A DNA stretch of 5,661 nucleotides, taken from a virus (lineage: Duplodnaviria > Heunggongvirae > Uroviricota > Caudoviricetes). A model generated the notes under the pieces. It saw only the letters and a list, made by a program, of their open reading frames with translations. It had not been told where the DNA came from and searched no databases. Location of the stretch: positions 1-5,661 of IMG/VR virus record IMGVR_UViG_648276656_000007; one strand, given 5' to 3'. This document shows, piece by piece, positions 1 through 5,661 of this stretch (positions are counted from its first letter, which is position 1; every line of letters begins with the position of its first letter). The translations under genes were made by a program, and so were the position numbers.

Positions 1-2
1 TC

Positions 3-161
3 ATCCGTTTAACTCCGTGGTTAATGGGTGCAACTATTTTCTGTTGGGCAGTGCATGAGACGCTATTTGACCTGGCTGGTCAGTGGATGAAACAACAGAT
101 AAAGAAAAGGCGGGCAACTCGCCTGCCTGTCCTGATTTGTACACACTCATTTTCCGACTGA
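3..161 (+). CDS. Possible 3' end of a plus-strand accessory gene entering from the left edge (frame 3, open from position 3, stop TGA 159..161); hypothetical.
   Basis: Hand translation of frame 3: IRLTPWLMGATIFCWAVHETLFDLAGQWMKQQIKKRRATRLPVLICTHSFSD*. It is open from the window edge and protein-like, with a hydrophobic stretch followed by a basic tail. It cannot be distinguished from chance without the upstream sequence. Confidence 0.2.
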   Translation: MRLTPWLMGATIFCWAVHETLFDLAGQWMKQQIKKRRATRLPVLICTHSFSD

Positions 162-284
162 CAATTTACATAGCCAAAACGCTATCAAATCTGACAGTCT
201 GCTTTGAGCGAAAAGTGGACATTAGAGTTACAAAAGCAAGTTTAAATCATCCAAAATATTACAATGTCCTTATCTATCTGATAT

Positions 285-313
285 CGTTATGATAAAAAGC
301 TCCTGAATATAAT
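285..313 (+). promoter_or_regulatory. Candidate sigma70-type promoter for the membrane-protein gene: consensus -10 TATAAT at 308..313 with a weak -35 (cgttat / ttatga region, 285..292).
   Basis: Perfect TATAAT hexamer 22 nt upstream of the ATG and 8 nt upstream of the AGGTGG RBS, within AT-rich upstream DNA. The -35 match is poor, so strength and reality are uncertain. Confidence 0.3.
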
Positions 314-320
314 CGATAGT

Positions 321-326
321 AGGTGG
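321..326 (+). promoter_or_regulatory. Shine-Dalgarno sequence AGGTGG for the membrane-protein gene (ATG at 335).
   Basis: AGGTGG with 8-nt spacer to the ATG; read directly. Confidence 0.55.
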
Positions 327-334
327 TTATTTCC

Positions 335-712
335 ATGAAATCAATTTTAGAGGTTTTTACTCAAGGAAATACTAAAGAAAAACTGGCTGTTATCGCCGAT
401 CTCACAACCATTGCGGGAATATCGATTGCAACTATTATTGCTGGTTTGTTAACCCTAGTTGCAAAAACAGATAAACTAGATGTTGGAAATCTGTTTGGAG
501 TTGTCATAATATCTCTGCTCGGATTGGCTGGTGTTTGCTGTTTTGTGGCCTTATTTATTTGGGTTATAACCCAAATGTCTAAACCATGGGGAACACCTCG
601 GGGGGTTCAGCCCTTAGTTAAGTGTGCTATTTCCCTTATCTTTATCTGTATGTTTTTGCTGGCTGTCTTTACATTTTATGATTTTATTTCCTCGATGAGC
701 ATACGCTATTGA
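335..712 (+). CDS. Hypothetical small integral membrane protein, about 125 aa from ATG 335 (the ORF track's 129-aa version starts at GTG 323), with three predicted transmembrane helices; accessory (moron-like) gene.
   Basis: ATG at 335 is preceded by AGGTGG (321..326) at 8-nt spacing, which makes ATG 335 a better start than GTG 323. Three hydrophobic stretches of about 25 residues: LAVIADLTTIAGISIATIIAGLLTLVA (about nt 383..463), LFGVVIISLLGLAGVCCFVALFIWVI (about 491..568) and LVKCAISLIFICMFLLAVFTFYDFI (about 611..685). The TGA stop at 710..712 is followed 20 nt later by a perfect hairpin terminator. A 126-codon open frame in roughly 30-40% GC DNA is unlikely by chance. I do not recognise a named family. 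Confidence 0.65.
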   Translation: MKSILEVFTQGNTKEKLAVIADLTTIAGISIATIIAGLLTLVAKTDKLDVGNLFGVVIISLLGLAGVCCFVALFIWVITQMSKPWGTPRGVQPLVKCAISLIFICMFLLAVFTFYDFISSMSIRY

Positions 713-731
713 ATATAAAATCAGCCCCATA

Positions 732-767
732 AATTAAAAGAGACCTTCTATAAGGTCTCTTTTAATT
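732..767. terminator. Bidirectional intrinsic terminator: perfect 16-bp inverted repeat AATTAAAAGAGACCTT / AAGGTCTCTTTTAATT (732..747 and 752..767) with 4-nt loop CTAT; T-tract on the plus strand and, by symmetry, on the minus strand.
   Basis: Read directly from the sequence. The GC-containing core stem AGAGACCTT/AAGGTCTCT is flanked by A4 upstream and T4 downstream on both strands. It lies 20 nt after the stop of the plus-strand membrane-protein gene and 15 nt after the stop of the candidate minus-strand small ORF. It is also the first U-tract terminator encountered by minus-strand transcription reading out of gene G. Confidence 0.6.
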
Positions 768-781
768 GAATTACTATCCTA

Positions 782-934
782 TTAATCCAGAGAATCTTTA
801 TCATCACAAAACAACAAACATTGGAGATAATTAATAAACCAATCATCCTCAAAATCATCTTTATCTTTTACAAAGCGAGTATCAGCATTAATTCTAACAT
901 CAAGTCTAGAATGAAGCATTTTATGTATCTTCAT
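782..934 (-). CDS. Candidate small acidic ORF of 50 aa from ATG 934..932 (45 aa if from ATG 919..917), convergent with the membrane-protein gene; hypothetical.
   Basis: Minus-strand translation MKIHKMLHSRLDVRINADTRFVKDKDDFEDDWFINYLQCLLFCDDKDSLD with TAA stop at 784..782, 15 nt before the palindromic terminator. The frame is open for about 50 codons in ~28% GC sequence, where stops are frequent. No convincing Shine-Dalgarno; it is below the ORF-track length cut-off. Read by hand. Confidence 0.25.
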   Translation of the reverse strand: MKIHKMLHSRLDVRINADTRFVKDKDDFEDDWFINYLQCLLFCDDKDSLD

Positions 935-1085
935 GCAGCTTGCGCGCTTTATCTCGTTTTTTGTAGGTGGTGTACTATCTCTAAATGACTATTTATATGG
1001 TGTAAGACTACTGACTTTAGAGGGCTATGATCTACATAGTTCATCTAACCATTATTCTCCAAATAAACTATACAACATCCGCTTC

Positions 1086-1127
1086 TGGCACAGAGCGGAC
1101 TGTCAGATTAGGCTTTACTCTGTGCCA
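1086..1127. other. Stem-loop / inverted repeat: 10-bp perfect stem TGGCACAGAG (1086..1095) / CTCTGTGCCA (1118..1127) with a 22-nt loop, 23 nt downstream of the G stop on the operon transcript, with no flanking U-tract.
   Basis: Read directly; all 10 base pairs are complementary. There is no T-tract on either side, so it is not a canonical intrinsic terminator. It could be a 3' mRNA-stabilising hairpin or a protein-binding or recombination site at the junction between conserved phage DNA and the AT-rich segment. Confidence 0.4.
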
Positions 1128-1149
1128 TAGATATGTAAGCTAATACAAC

Positions 1150-1677
1150 TTATTGCGGCATTTCCGGCCATTCAGGATTTGCAGGATCCACACGACTGAC
1201 CAGAACGCTGTAGCGTTCCCATGATTCCAGTCGGCTACGCTCCTCATCTGTTGCCATGTTCAGTCTGACCGCGCGCTCCAGCGGCAAAATCACGGATTCA
1301 GCATCTGCAAGAAGTCTGGCTTTCCGGTTTTGTGCCTGCTGCTGCAATTCCTCTGCCGTATAAATGCGTTTAATCACTTTGCCGTCCTTAAACATCCAGC
1401 CCCCTGAAATGTCCGCCCGTCGGTTAGCAGTAATATCCGCCACTTCAACAACACTTAATCCATCCGGTCTGATAGCTGTCACATCCTTTTCCACATAGCG
1501 GATAATATTATCTTTGTCGTACGCTATTTTTATCGTGTCATCAGCAAAATACTTTTGTTCTTCGTACCAGTTCTTACCATCTTCTGAAAAAAACCAGACA
1601 ACATCAAAACCCTTTGTCAATTGATATTGTTCAACCGTTTTTGGATTACCCGCCGTAATATTTTTTAAATGCTGCAT
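1150..1677 (-). CDS. G: Tail fibre assembly chaperone (P2 gpG / Tfa family), 175 aa.
   Basis: [43 protein letters not shown]...[42 protein letters not shown]. The C-terminal [20 protein letters not shown] motif is characteristic of phage tail-fibre assembly proteins, and 175 aa is the P2 gpG length as I recall it. It lies immediately downstream of H, with an AGGT Shine-Dalgarno-like element 7 nt before the ATG (1677..1675). Stop TAA at 1152..1150. Confidence 0.93.
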   Translation of the reverse strand: MQHLKNITAGNPKTVEQYQLTKGFDVVWFFSEDGKNWYEEQKYFADDTIKIAYDKDNIIRYVEKDVTAIRPDGLSVVEVADITANRRADISGGWMFKDGKVIKRIYTAEELQQQAQNRKARLLADAESVILPLERAVRLNMATDEERSRLESWERYSVLVSRVDPANPEWPEMPQ

Positions 1678-1680
1678 AAA

Positions 1681-4440
1681 TTATACCTGCGCCACGTTAT
1701 ACCATGTCCCGTTAATGTATTTCTGAACCGGTCTGTAATATACACCACCAATGTTATCGGCAGAGTTTGAGCCGGTATCCTGAACAATAATGCCGGAATA
1801 TACACACCCGGACGGTGCCTGATGTGTCCATGTCATGCCATTGTTAGCAGGTTTGTATGTGGCAGCACCACCAAGCCGGATATCCCGGACATAGCGGGAA
1901 TCAAAGTTACCGTAATCCGAGGGATTAACACGCCCCGTAATATTTATGGTTTTATTACTTTGAATACTTCCCGAGACAAAGCGCATAACATGGACGCTAT
2001 TAGCATAAACATCCAGATTACCATCACCATTTTGTTTAAAGCCCGTGTCATTATCACCCAAAACAATCGAATTACCGCCAAGAGCACTGGATGTTCCTAT
2101 ACCCAGAGCACCATTCAATTGACCACCAGATAACGGCAGTGCACCGACATCTCCCGCTGTAGGTTTTCGCGTTGTGGTATAAAACTCAGACCAGTCAGCC
2201 TCGAATCCGTAACCGTCACGAGCAGAACGATAAAAAATACCGCCGTTCTTATAATTAACGCGGAACTGGGCGGCGGGACAACTTCCTTCACCGATATTAA
2301 AATGAAGAATTAACGTTGATGCCCCACCAGTAGTTGCGTTATAGGCTCCGCTACTCCAGCTCCACCCAACGGCTTTATCATTCGCAACGGTGTCTCCTGT
2401 TTTTCCTGAAGCAAATGCACCAATATTTTTCGGCGTCAGGTTAATATCTGATGTTCCATCAAACGAAACGTTATTAATTTTACGGGCTGTTTTCAGCTTT
2501 GTTGCTGTCGCCGCATTGCCGGACAGTTCACCAGAAAGGCCAGCACTGAATGTCTGTTTCGCGCCCCATGTCTGGGCTTCGTCAATGATTGGTACTCGTC
2601 TTGCTGTGATCGTGCGGCTTCCCGGATTTCCTGAAATACGCACCATAAAAAATCGGTAGTTCGCTTTACTTACAGTGCTGCGCCATACATGCATTGAGCG
2701 CCCCGTACCGGAATCATCACTCGGACCAACTGCGATGTTTATCAGGTTGCCATCAATGACGCCCCAGTCCATACCGTCGGGAATATTGGTCATATTATCC
2801 AGCCTAACGGTTATCAGACTGCCCGGCACAAAATCGTAGGTCTGCCAGTCCAGGTTGGTGAGCTTTGCCACAGCACCGCCGATACCCAGATTCAGGGGAA
2901 GTGAATACGAGGTGTAGACTTCCCGCCATTCGCTCCATGAGCTGCCGGTAAAGACGCGCTCAAAGGTGCGGCCTTTAAGGGTTGTACCTGTTCCGGCAGT
3001 TGTATAACGCTGCCATACATTAACACCATCAAACCGCCTCAACACTTCCAGAATGCCGAGTACAGTCACGCCGTTTCCGTCCAGTACTGGACCGTTGGTC
3101 GCTTTACCTGTAACGCTGTAAATACCTGGTGAGGTTACATCATTCAAATCACCTTCGTAATAACGACTCTCTGACTGATGACCGACTCTTAACCACGGTT
3201 CCCACTGCGGATTTGATGCATCCCAGCTTGCCGCAAGGCAGCGGACATACATATTTCCACGGCGAGTGGTATAACGTTGCGTTCTTCCATAATTCCCGCC
3301 TTCGAGGATCTCAAGCGTCCCCTGAGCAAAGCCACCTTCCTCTGGATAATTGAGTTCATATGAAGCTATAGCCGAGCTACTGTTACGCCATAAACCAAGA
3401 TGTTCGGCGGATCCAAGCGTATTCAGGTCTATAGTCGTACTCAAAGGGCGGGTAGCTGATTGAGTGTGACGCCATACGCCCCACGGACCATCAGTGCCAT
3501 TCCACTTATTGGCGAGTTTACGCATGTATACATTGCCGTCTCTTGTGGTAAAGCGTTGCGTACCTGCAAAATTGCCGGCAGCAAAAACCTCAAGCACACC
3601 GACAGCATTATCTTCCGGGAAGTTTTTCTCCAGTGTTGCGTTAGTTGAGGTAGCTTTAGACCAGATCCCTAGATAAGCCTTAACGGGACCAAATGTATTC
3701 AGGTCAGCATCAAGCGGCATTTCGCCATTGTTTTTCATAAACGTCAGGCTGGTAACGCCAACATTGTCCAGAAAAGCGCCCTTATCTGGAATATCGCCAC
3801 CGTTCTGGTCTTTCTGCATACGTTTTTCAGCATTGTCATAGGCTGCTTTTACTGCCTTTGGCGTTGCTGCCAGCTTTTCACTGGTGCTGTTTGTTGCACT
3901 GCTTAACTGAGTAAAACCTTTTTCTGTCAGCGTGGCGTCAGGATGGCGACGGGACTGCTCATGCTCTGCGATTTTGTCATCGACGTAATCCTGCGTCGCC
4001 ATCACTGTGCTGGCATCAATACTCAGTTCAACGGACGCCACGTTACTGACAATAATGACCATGCGGCAGGTCTGCGCACGTCCGGAGCCTTCAGCCAGTT
4101 CAGGCTTATAACTTTCTGCCATGTTAGCGACCGCAATCAGTGTTCCGGCATCGTCATACAGACCAAGTTCACGCATCCAGAAGCCGCCCACTTCTGGCGG
4201 TACAACCAGTTCAGCCACGATATAGTTTTTATTCTTATTATCCACGCTGACTTTATTCAGAGCGTGACGCCAGACCTCATGCACCAGTTTCGTCTGACCG
4301 GCATCCGGCACCGGCAATTTGCCATTACCGTCACCCACGGCCATTGCAGACAAGTTTACTTTTTTCCCGCCGGGGACAGTGGCGGCAGCCAGCTTTGCGG
4401 CTCCGGCAGTAGTGATAACGGTTTTAAATTTCGTGCTCAT
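1681..4440 (-). CDS. H: Tail fibre protein H (P2 gpH-like), 919 aa, mosaic: conserved N-terminal baseplate-attachment region, three tandem ~93-aa central repeats, conserved P2-H-type C-terminus.
   Basis: Uninterrupted 919-codon ORF. The N-terminus MSTKFKTVITTAGAAKLAAAT...GGFWMRELGLYDDAGTLIAVANMAESYKPELAEGSG and the C-terminus ...LGGNSIVLGDNDTGFKQNGDGNLDVYANS...NFDSRYV...RPVQKYINGTWYNVAQV match my recollection of P2 gpH. It sits between I and the chaperone G as in P2. The TAA stop at 1683..1681 is 3 nt before the G start. Confidence 0.93.
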   Translation of the reverse strand: MSTKFKTVITTAGAAKLAAATVPGGKKVNLSAMAVGDGNGKLPVPDAGQTKLVHEVWRHALNKVSVDNKNKNYIVAELVVPPEVGGFWMRELGLYDDAGTLIAVANMAESYKPELAEGSGRAQTCRMVIIVSNVASVELSIDASTVMATQDYVDDKIAEHEQSRRHPDATLTEKGFTQLSSATNSTSEKLAATPKAVKAAYDNAEKRMQKDQNGGDIPDKGAFLDNVGVTSLTFMKNNGEMPLDADLNTFGPVKAYLGIWSKATSTNATLEKNFPEDNAVGVLEVFAAGNFAGTQRFTTRDGNVYMRKLANKWNGTDGPWGVWRHTQSATRPLSTTIDLNTLGSAEHLGLWRNSSSAIASYELNYPEEGGFAQGTLEILEGGNYGRTQRYTTRRGNMYVRCLAASWDASNPQWEPWLRVGHQSESRYYEGDLNDVTSPGIYSVTGKATNGPVLDGNGVTVLGILEVLRRFDGVNVWQRYTTAGTGTTLKGRTFERVFTGSSWSEWREVYTSYSLPLNLGIGGAVAKLTNLDWQTYDFVPGSLITVRLDNMTNIPDGMDWGVIDGNLINIAVGPSDDSGTGRSMHVWRSTVSKANYRFFMVRISGNPGSRTITARRVPIIDEAQTWGAKQTFSAGLSGELSGNAATATKLKTARKINNVSFDGTSDINLTPKNIGAFASGKTGDTVANDKAVGWSWSSGAYNATTGGASTLILHFNIGEGSCPAAQFRVNYKNGGIFYRSARDGYGFEADWSEFYTTTRKPTAGDVGALPLSGGQLNGALGIGTSSALGGNSIVLGDNDTGFKQNGDGNLDVYANSVHVMRFVSGSIQSNKTINITGRVNPSDYGNFDSRYVRDIRLGGAATYKPANNGMTWTHQAPSGCVYSGIIVQDTGSNSADNIGGVYYRPVQKYINGTWYNVAQV
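2911..3708 (-). repeat. Three in-frame tandem coding repeats of about 93 aa (about 279 nt) inside tail fibre gene H (protein residues about 245-337, 338-430, 431-510).
   Basis: Each unit starts with DLN(T/D) and carries the motif G(V/T/I)LE(V/I)...G..(T/W)QR(F/Y)TT(R/A)..(N/T).Y.R....W.....W..W. Examples are GVLEVFAAGNFAGTQRFTTRDGNVYMRKLANKWNGTDGPWGVW, GTLEILEGGNYGRTQRYTTRRGNMYVRCLAASWDASNPQWEPW and GILEVLRRFDGVNVWQRYTTAGTGTTLKGRTFERVFTGSSWSEW. Residue-to-nucleotide mapping was checked at Y390 = 3273..3271. Repeats 1 and 2 are also recognisable at the DNA level. Confidence 0.7.
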
Positions 4441-4450
4441 TGTTTCTCAC

Positions 4451-4981
4451 TTATCCGGGATAAACAGTAATAACATCACCATCACAGACCACACCGCCTG
4501 TATACAGATAGCCGGGAATGTCCTGGATAATGTTCAGACCGATAAGGTGGCGACTTGCGGGTTTGGCATCGGCAATCAGCCGTTCCATTTCCAGATACAT
4601 TTCCTCTGTGATACCGCTTTCCAGCACGCCGATATCAAGGCGAAAGGTTCCGGCCGGGTCGTTTGTCTCCCACCATTCCTTTACATTAATGAGATAGCCG
4701 AGCGGCTCCACCACACGCCGGATTGCACCTATAGTGCCTTTATGACAGTGGATGAAATAGGCATCGCGGATAACGGCGCGTTTTGTCGCTTCCGGCCACT
4801 TTTCATCCCACCTGTCGACCGAAAACGCCCACGCCAGCCACGGCAGCAGATTTGCCGGACAGGTATCCGGGTTCCACAGCTCACGAATACTGACCGGCGT
4901 TTTTTCAATTTCCGCACAGGCTTTTGCGGCAGCAACTTCAAGCGGTGATGAGCCGGTCGGCAGCAGGCGCGAATCACTCAT
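4451..4981 (-). CDS. I: Tail/baseplate protein I (P2 gpI-like), 176 aa.
   Basis: ORF MSDSRLLPTGSSPLEVAAAK...DGDVITVYPG, 176 aa, which is the length I recall for P2 gpI. A GGAGG Shine-Dalgarno (complement of 4987..4991) sits 5 nt upstream of the ATG at 4981..4979. The start overlaps the J stop (ATGAGTGA), as expected for translationally coupled P2 late genes. The TAA stop at 4453..4451 lies 10 nt before the H start. Confidence 0.9.
   Translation of the reverse strand: MSDSRLLPTGSSPLEVAAAKACAEIEKTPVSIRELWNPDTCPANLLPWLAWAFSVDRWDEKWPEATKRAVIRDAYFIHCHKGTIGAIRRVVEPLGYLINVKEWWETNDPAGTFRLDIGVLESGITEEMYLEMERLIADAKPASRHLIGLNIIQDIPGYLYTGGVVCDGDVITVYPG
4974..4981 (-). promoter_or_regulatory. Overlapping stop/start junction ATGAGTGA between J (stop TGA) and I (start ATG), indicating translational coupling.
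   Basis: On the minus strand the I start ATG (4981..4979) and the J stop TGA (4976..4974) overlap in different frames; read directly. Confidence 0.6.
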
Positions 4982-5661
4982 CCGAGCCTCCGGTCACGAC
5001 GCGGTATTCGGTACAGAAAGACGCCTGCGTACTGTCAAGCACGATGTCAGCCAGCGGTGCAGCCAGTTCGACACGCTGCACGCCTTCCACATGCAAAGCG
5101 GCATAAATGGCAGACAGACGGATATCGCGCCCCAGCCGGTGCTGTGCCGTGATGTACGCTTCCAGTTTTTTCACGGCGGCAGCGCGGATGGGTTCGCTTT
5201 CGGGACCAGGGTAAAGGTAAAGCGTGGCGTTTATCTGGTATTCAACAATGGCGGCAGACTGCACGGTCACACGGTCTGCCACCGGTCTGACGTCCTCGCC
5301 ATTCAGGGCGTTACGCACCACGGCCAGCAGGTCTTCGGATGCGACACCGTTATTTTCACGTGACAGCACAGAGATGGTGACACAGGCCGGAGACGGACTG
5401 GTGACAGAGATATCCGCGACACGCCCGTCGGCACTGCGACCATGATACTGATAGGCTCCCACCGACCCGGCGACGCTTAAGCCTTCAAACGCCTGCTGAA
5501 TACGCAGACGATAATCGGTGTCAGACTCCATCACTGCCGGTGTCGGCGGGATAGTCGAATCATCTGCCGGGGTGATAATCAGGCGCGAGGTGTTGTAATT
5601 AGCACCAATCACATCAAGGTCATTACCGGCAGCACAGGCCAGCATCACCGCCCGTGCGGCC
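4974..5661 (-). CDS. J: Baseplate assembly protein J (P2 gpJ-like), 5'-partial. The reading frame stays open to the window edge at 5661, so the true start lies beyond the window; stop TGA at 4976..4974.
   Basis: Long minus-strand ORF (at least 228 codons) in GC-rich, coding-like sequence, directly upstream of and overlapping a gpI-like gene in the conserved P2 order J-I-H-G. The in-frame codons upstream of the track's first Met (5649..5660) have no stop. P2 gpJ is about 300 aa from memory, consistent with a truncated N-terminus. Family assignment is from gene order and recalled sequence character, not a search. Confidence 0.85.
   Translation of the reverse strand, partial: AARAVMLACAAGNDLDVIGANYNTSRLIITPADDSTIPPTPAVMESDTDYRLRIQQAFEGLSVAGSVGAYQYHGRSADGRVADISVTSPSPACVTISVLSRENNGVASEDLLAVVRNALNGEDVRPVADRVTVQSAAIVEYQINATLYLYPGPESEPIRAAAVKKLEAYITAQHRLGRDIRLSAIYAALHVEGVQRVELAAPLADIVLDSTQASFCTEYRVVTGGSDE

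Noticed and set aside
108-124. Short hairpin AGGCG-(7 nt)-CGCCT followed by a T-rich tract on the minus strand (possible minus-strand terminator)
   Set aside because: The stem is only 5 bp and there is no clear upstream minus-strand gene for it to terminate; too weak to call.
83-292. 69-aa plus-strand ORF beginning with GTG
   Set aside because: It has no ATG, no Shine-Dalgarno, and overlaps the alternative frame-3 ORF. It would also overlap the candidate promoter region of the membrane-protein gene. It is kept only as a possibility because open frames are unlikely in AT-rich DNA.
933-1130. 65-aa plus-strand ORF (MQLARFISFF...)
   Set aside because: No recognisable RBS. Its 3' end runs through the 1086..1127 hairpin and converges on the G stop. 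It conflicts with the minus-strand micro-ORF start, and neither is strongly supported.
1822-3676. Plus-strand ORFs inside H (1822..2133, 2390..2659, 3129..3353, 3460..3648, 3494..3676)
   Set aside because: All are antisense to the tail-fibre gene, short, and without start signals; judged spurious.
1681-4440. Diversity-generating retroelement or invertible (Gin/Cin-type) host-range switch acting on the tail fibre
   Set aside because: No reverse transcriptase, template repeat or site-specific invertase gene is present in the window. P2-type fibres are not known to use inversion. The internal repeats are in-frame tandem protein modules, not variable/template repeat pairs.
3943-4948. Plus-strand ORFs of 175 aa (3943..4470) and 209 aa (4319..4948), antisense to H and I
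   Set aside because: They lie entirely within and opposite to high-confidence tail genes in GC-rich DNA, where long antisense open frames arise by chance. They have no RBS, and their translations are low-complexity and protein-unlike.
4729-4977. 82-aa Arg-rich minus-strand ORF nested inside gene I in another frame
   Set aside because: An alternative-frame artefact of the I coding sequence. The composition (R/K/C-rich) is typical of off-frame translation of GC-rich genes.
4924-5445. Plus-strand ORFs antisense to J (4924..5106, 5091..5363, 5224..5445)
   Set aside because: Antisense to a well-supported baseplate gene; Ser/Thr/Ala/Arg-rich off-frame translations; no RBS.
1-5661. CRISPR arrays, tRNA/rRNA genes, IS elements, Chi sites
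   Set aside because: No short direct repeats with regular spacers, no tRNA-like cloverleaf candidates, and no terminal inverted repeats flanking a transposase-like ORF were seen. A manual scan for GCTGGTGG or its complement found only near-matches.

Overview
This window looks like the 3' end of a P2-like (Peduovirus-type) tail/baseplate late operon, all on the minus strand: baseplate protein J (5'-truncated by the window edge), tail protein I, a 919-aa tail fibre H and the tail-fibre assembly chaperone G. The first ~1.15 kb is a sharply AT-rich accessory segment (roughly 25-40% GC in sampled 60-nt stretches versus ~52% in the tail genes). It starts exactly at the G stop codon, which is the position of the P2 Z/fun moron hotspot between G and the FI sheath operon. 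That segment carries an opposite-strand gene for a small three-helix membrane protein with its own RBS, a candidate promoter and a perfect palindromic terminator, plus possible small ORFs. It is the best candidate here for an uncharacterised accessory (anti-phage or superinfection-exclusion) module, but only its right-hand part is in the window and function is inferred from position alone. The tail fibre is a mosaic: P2 H-like ends with three tandem ~93-aa repeats in the middle. All protein identifications are from reading the translations and from recalled family features; no database search was possible.
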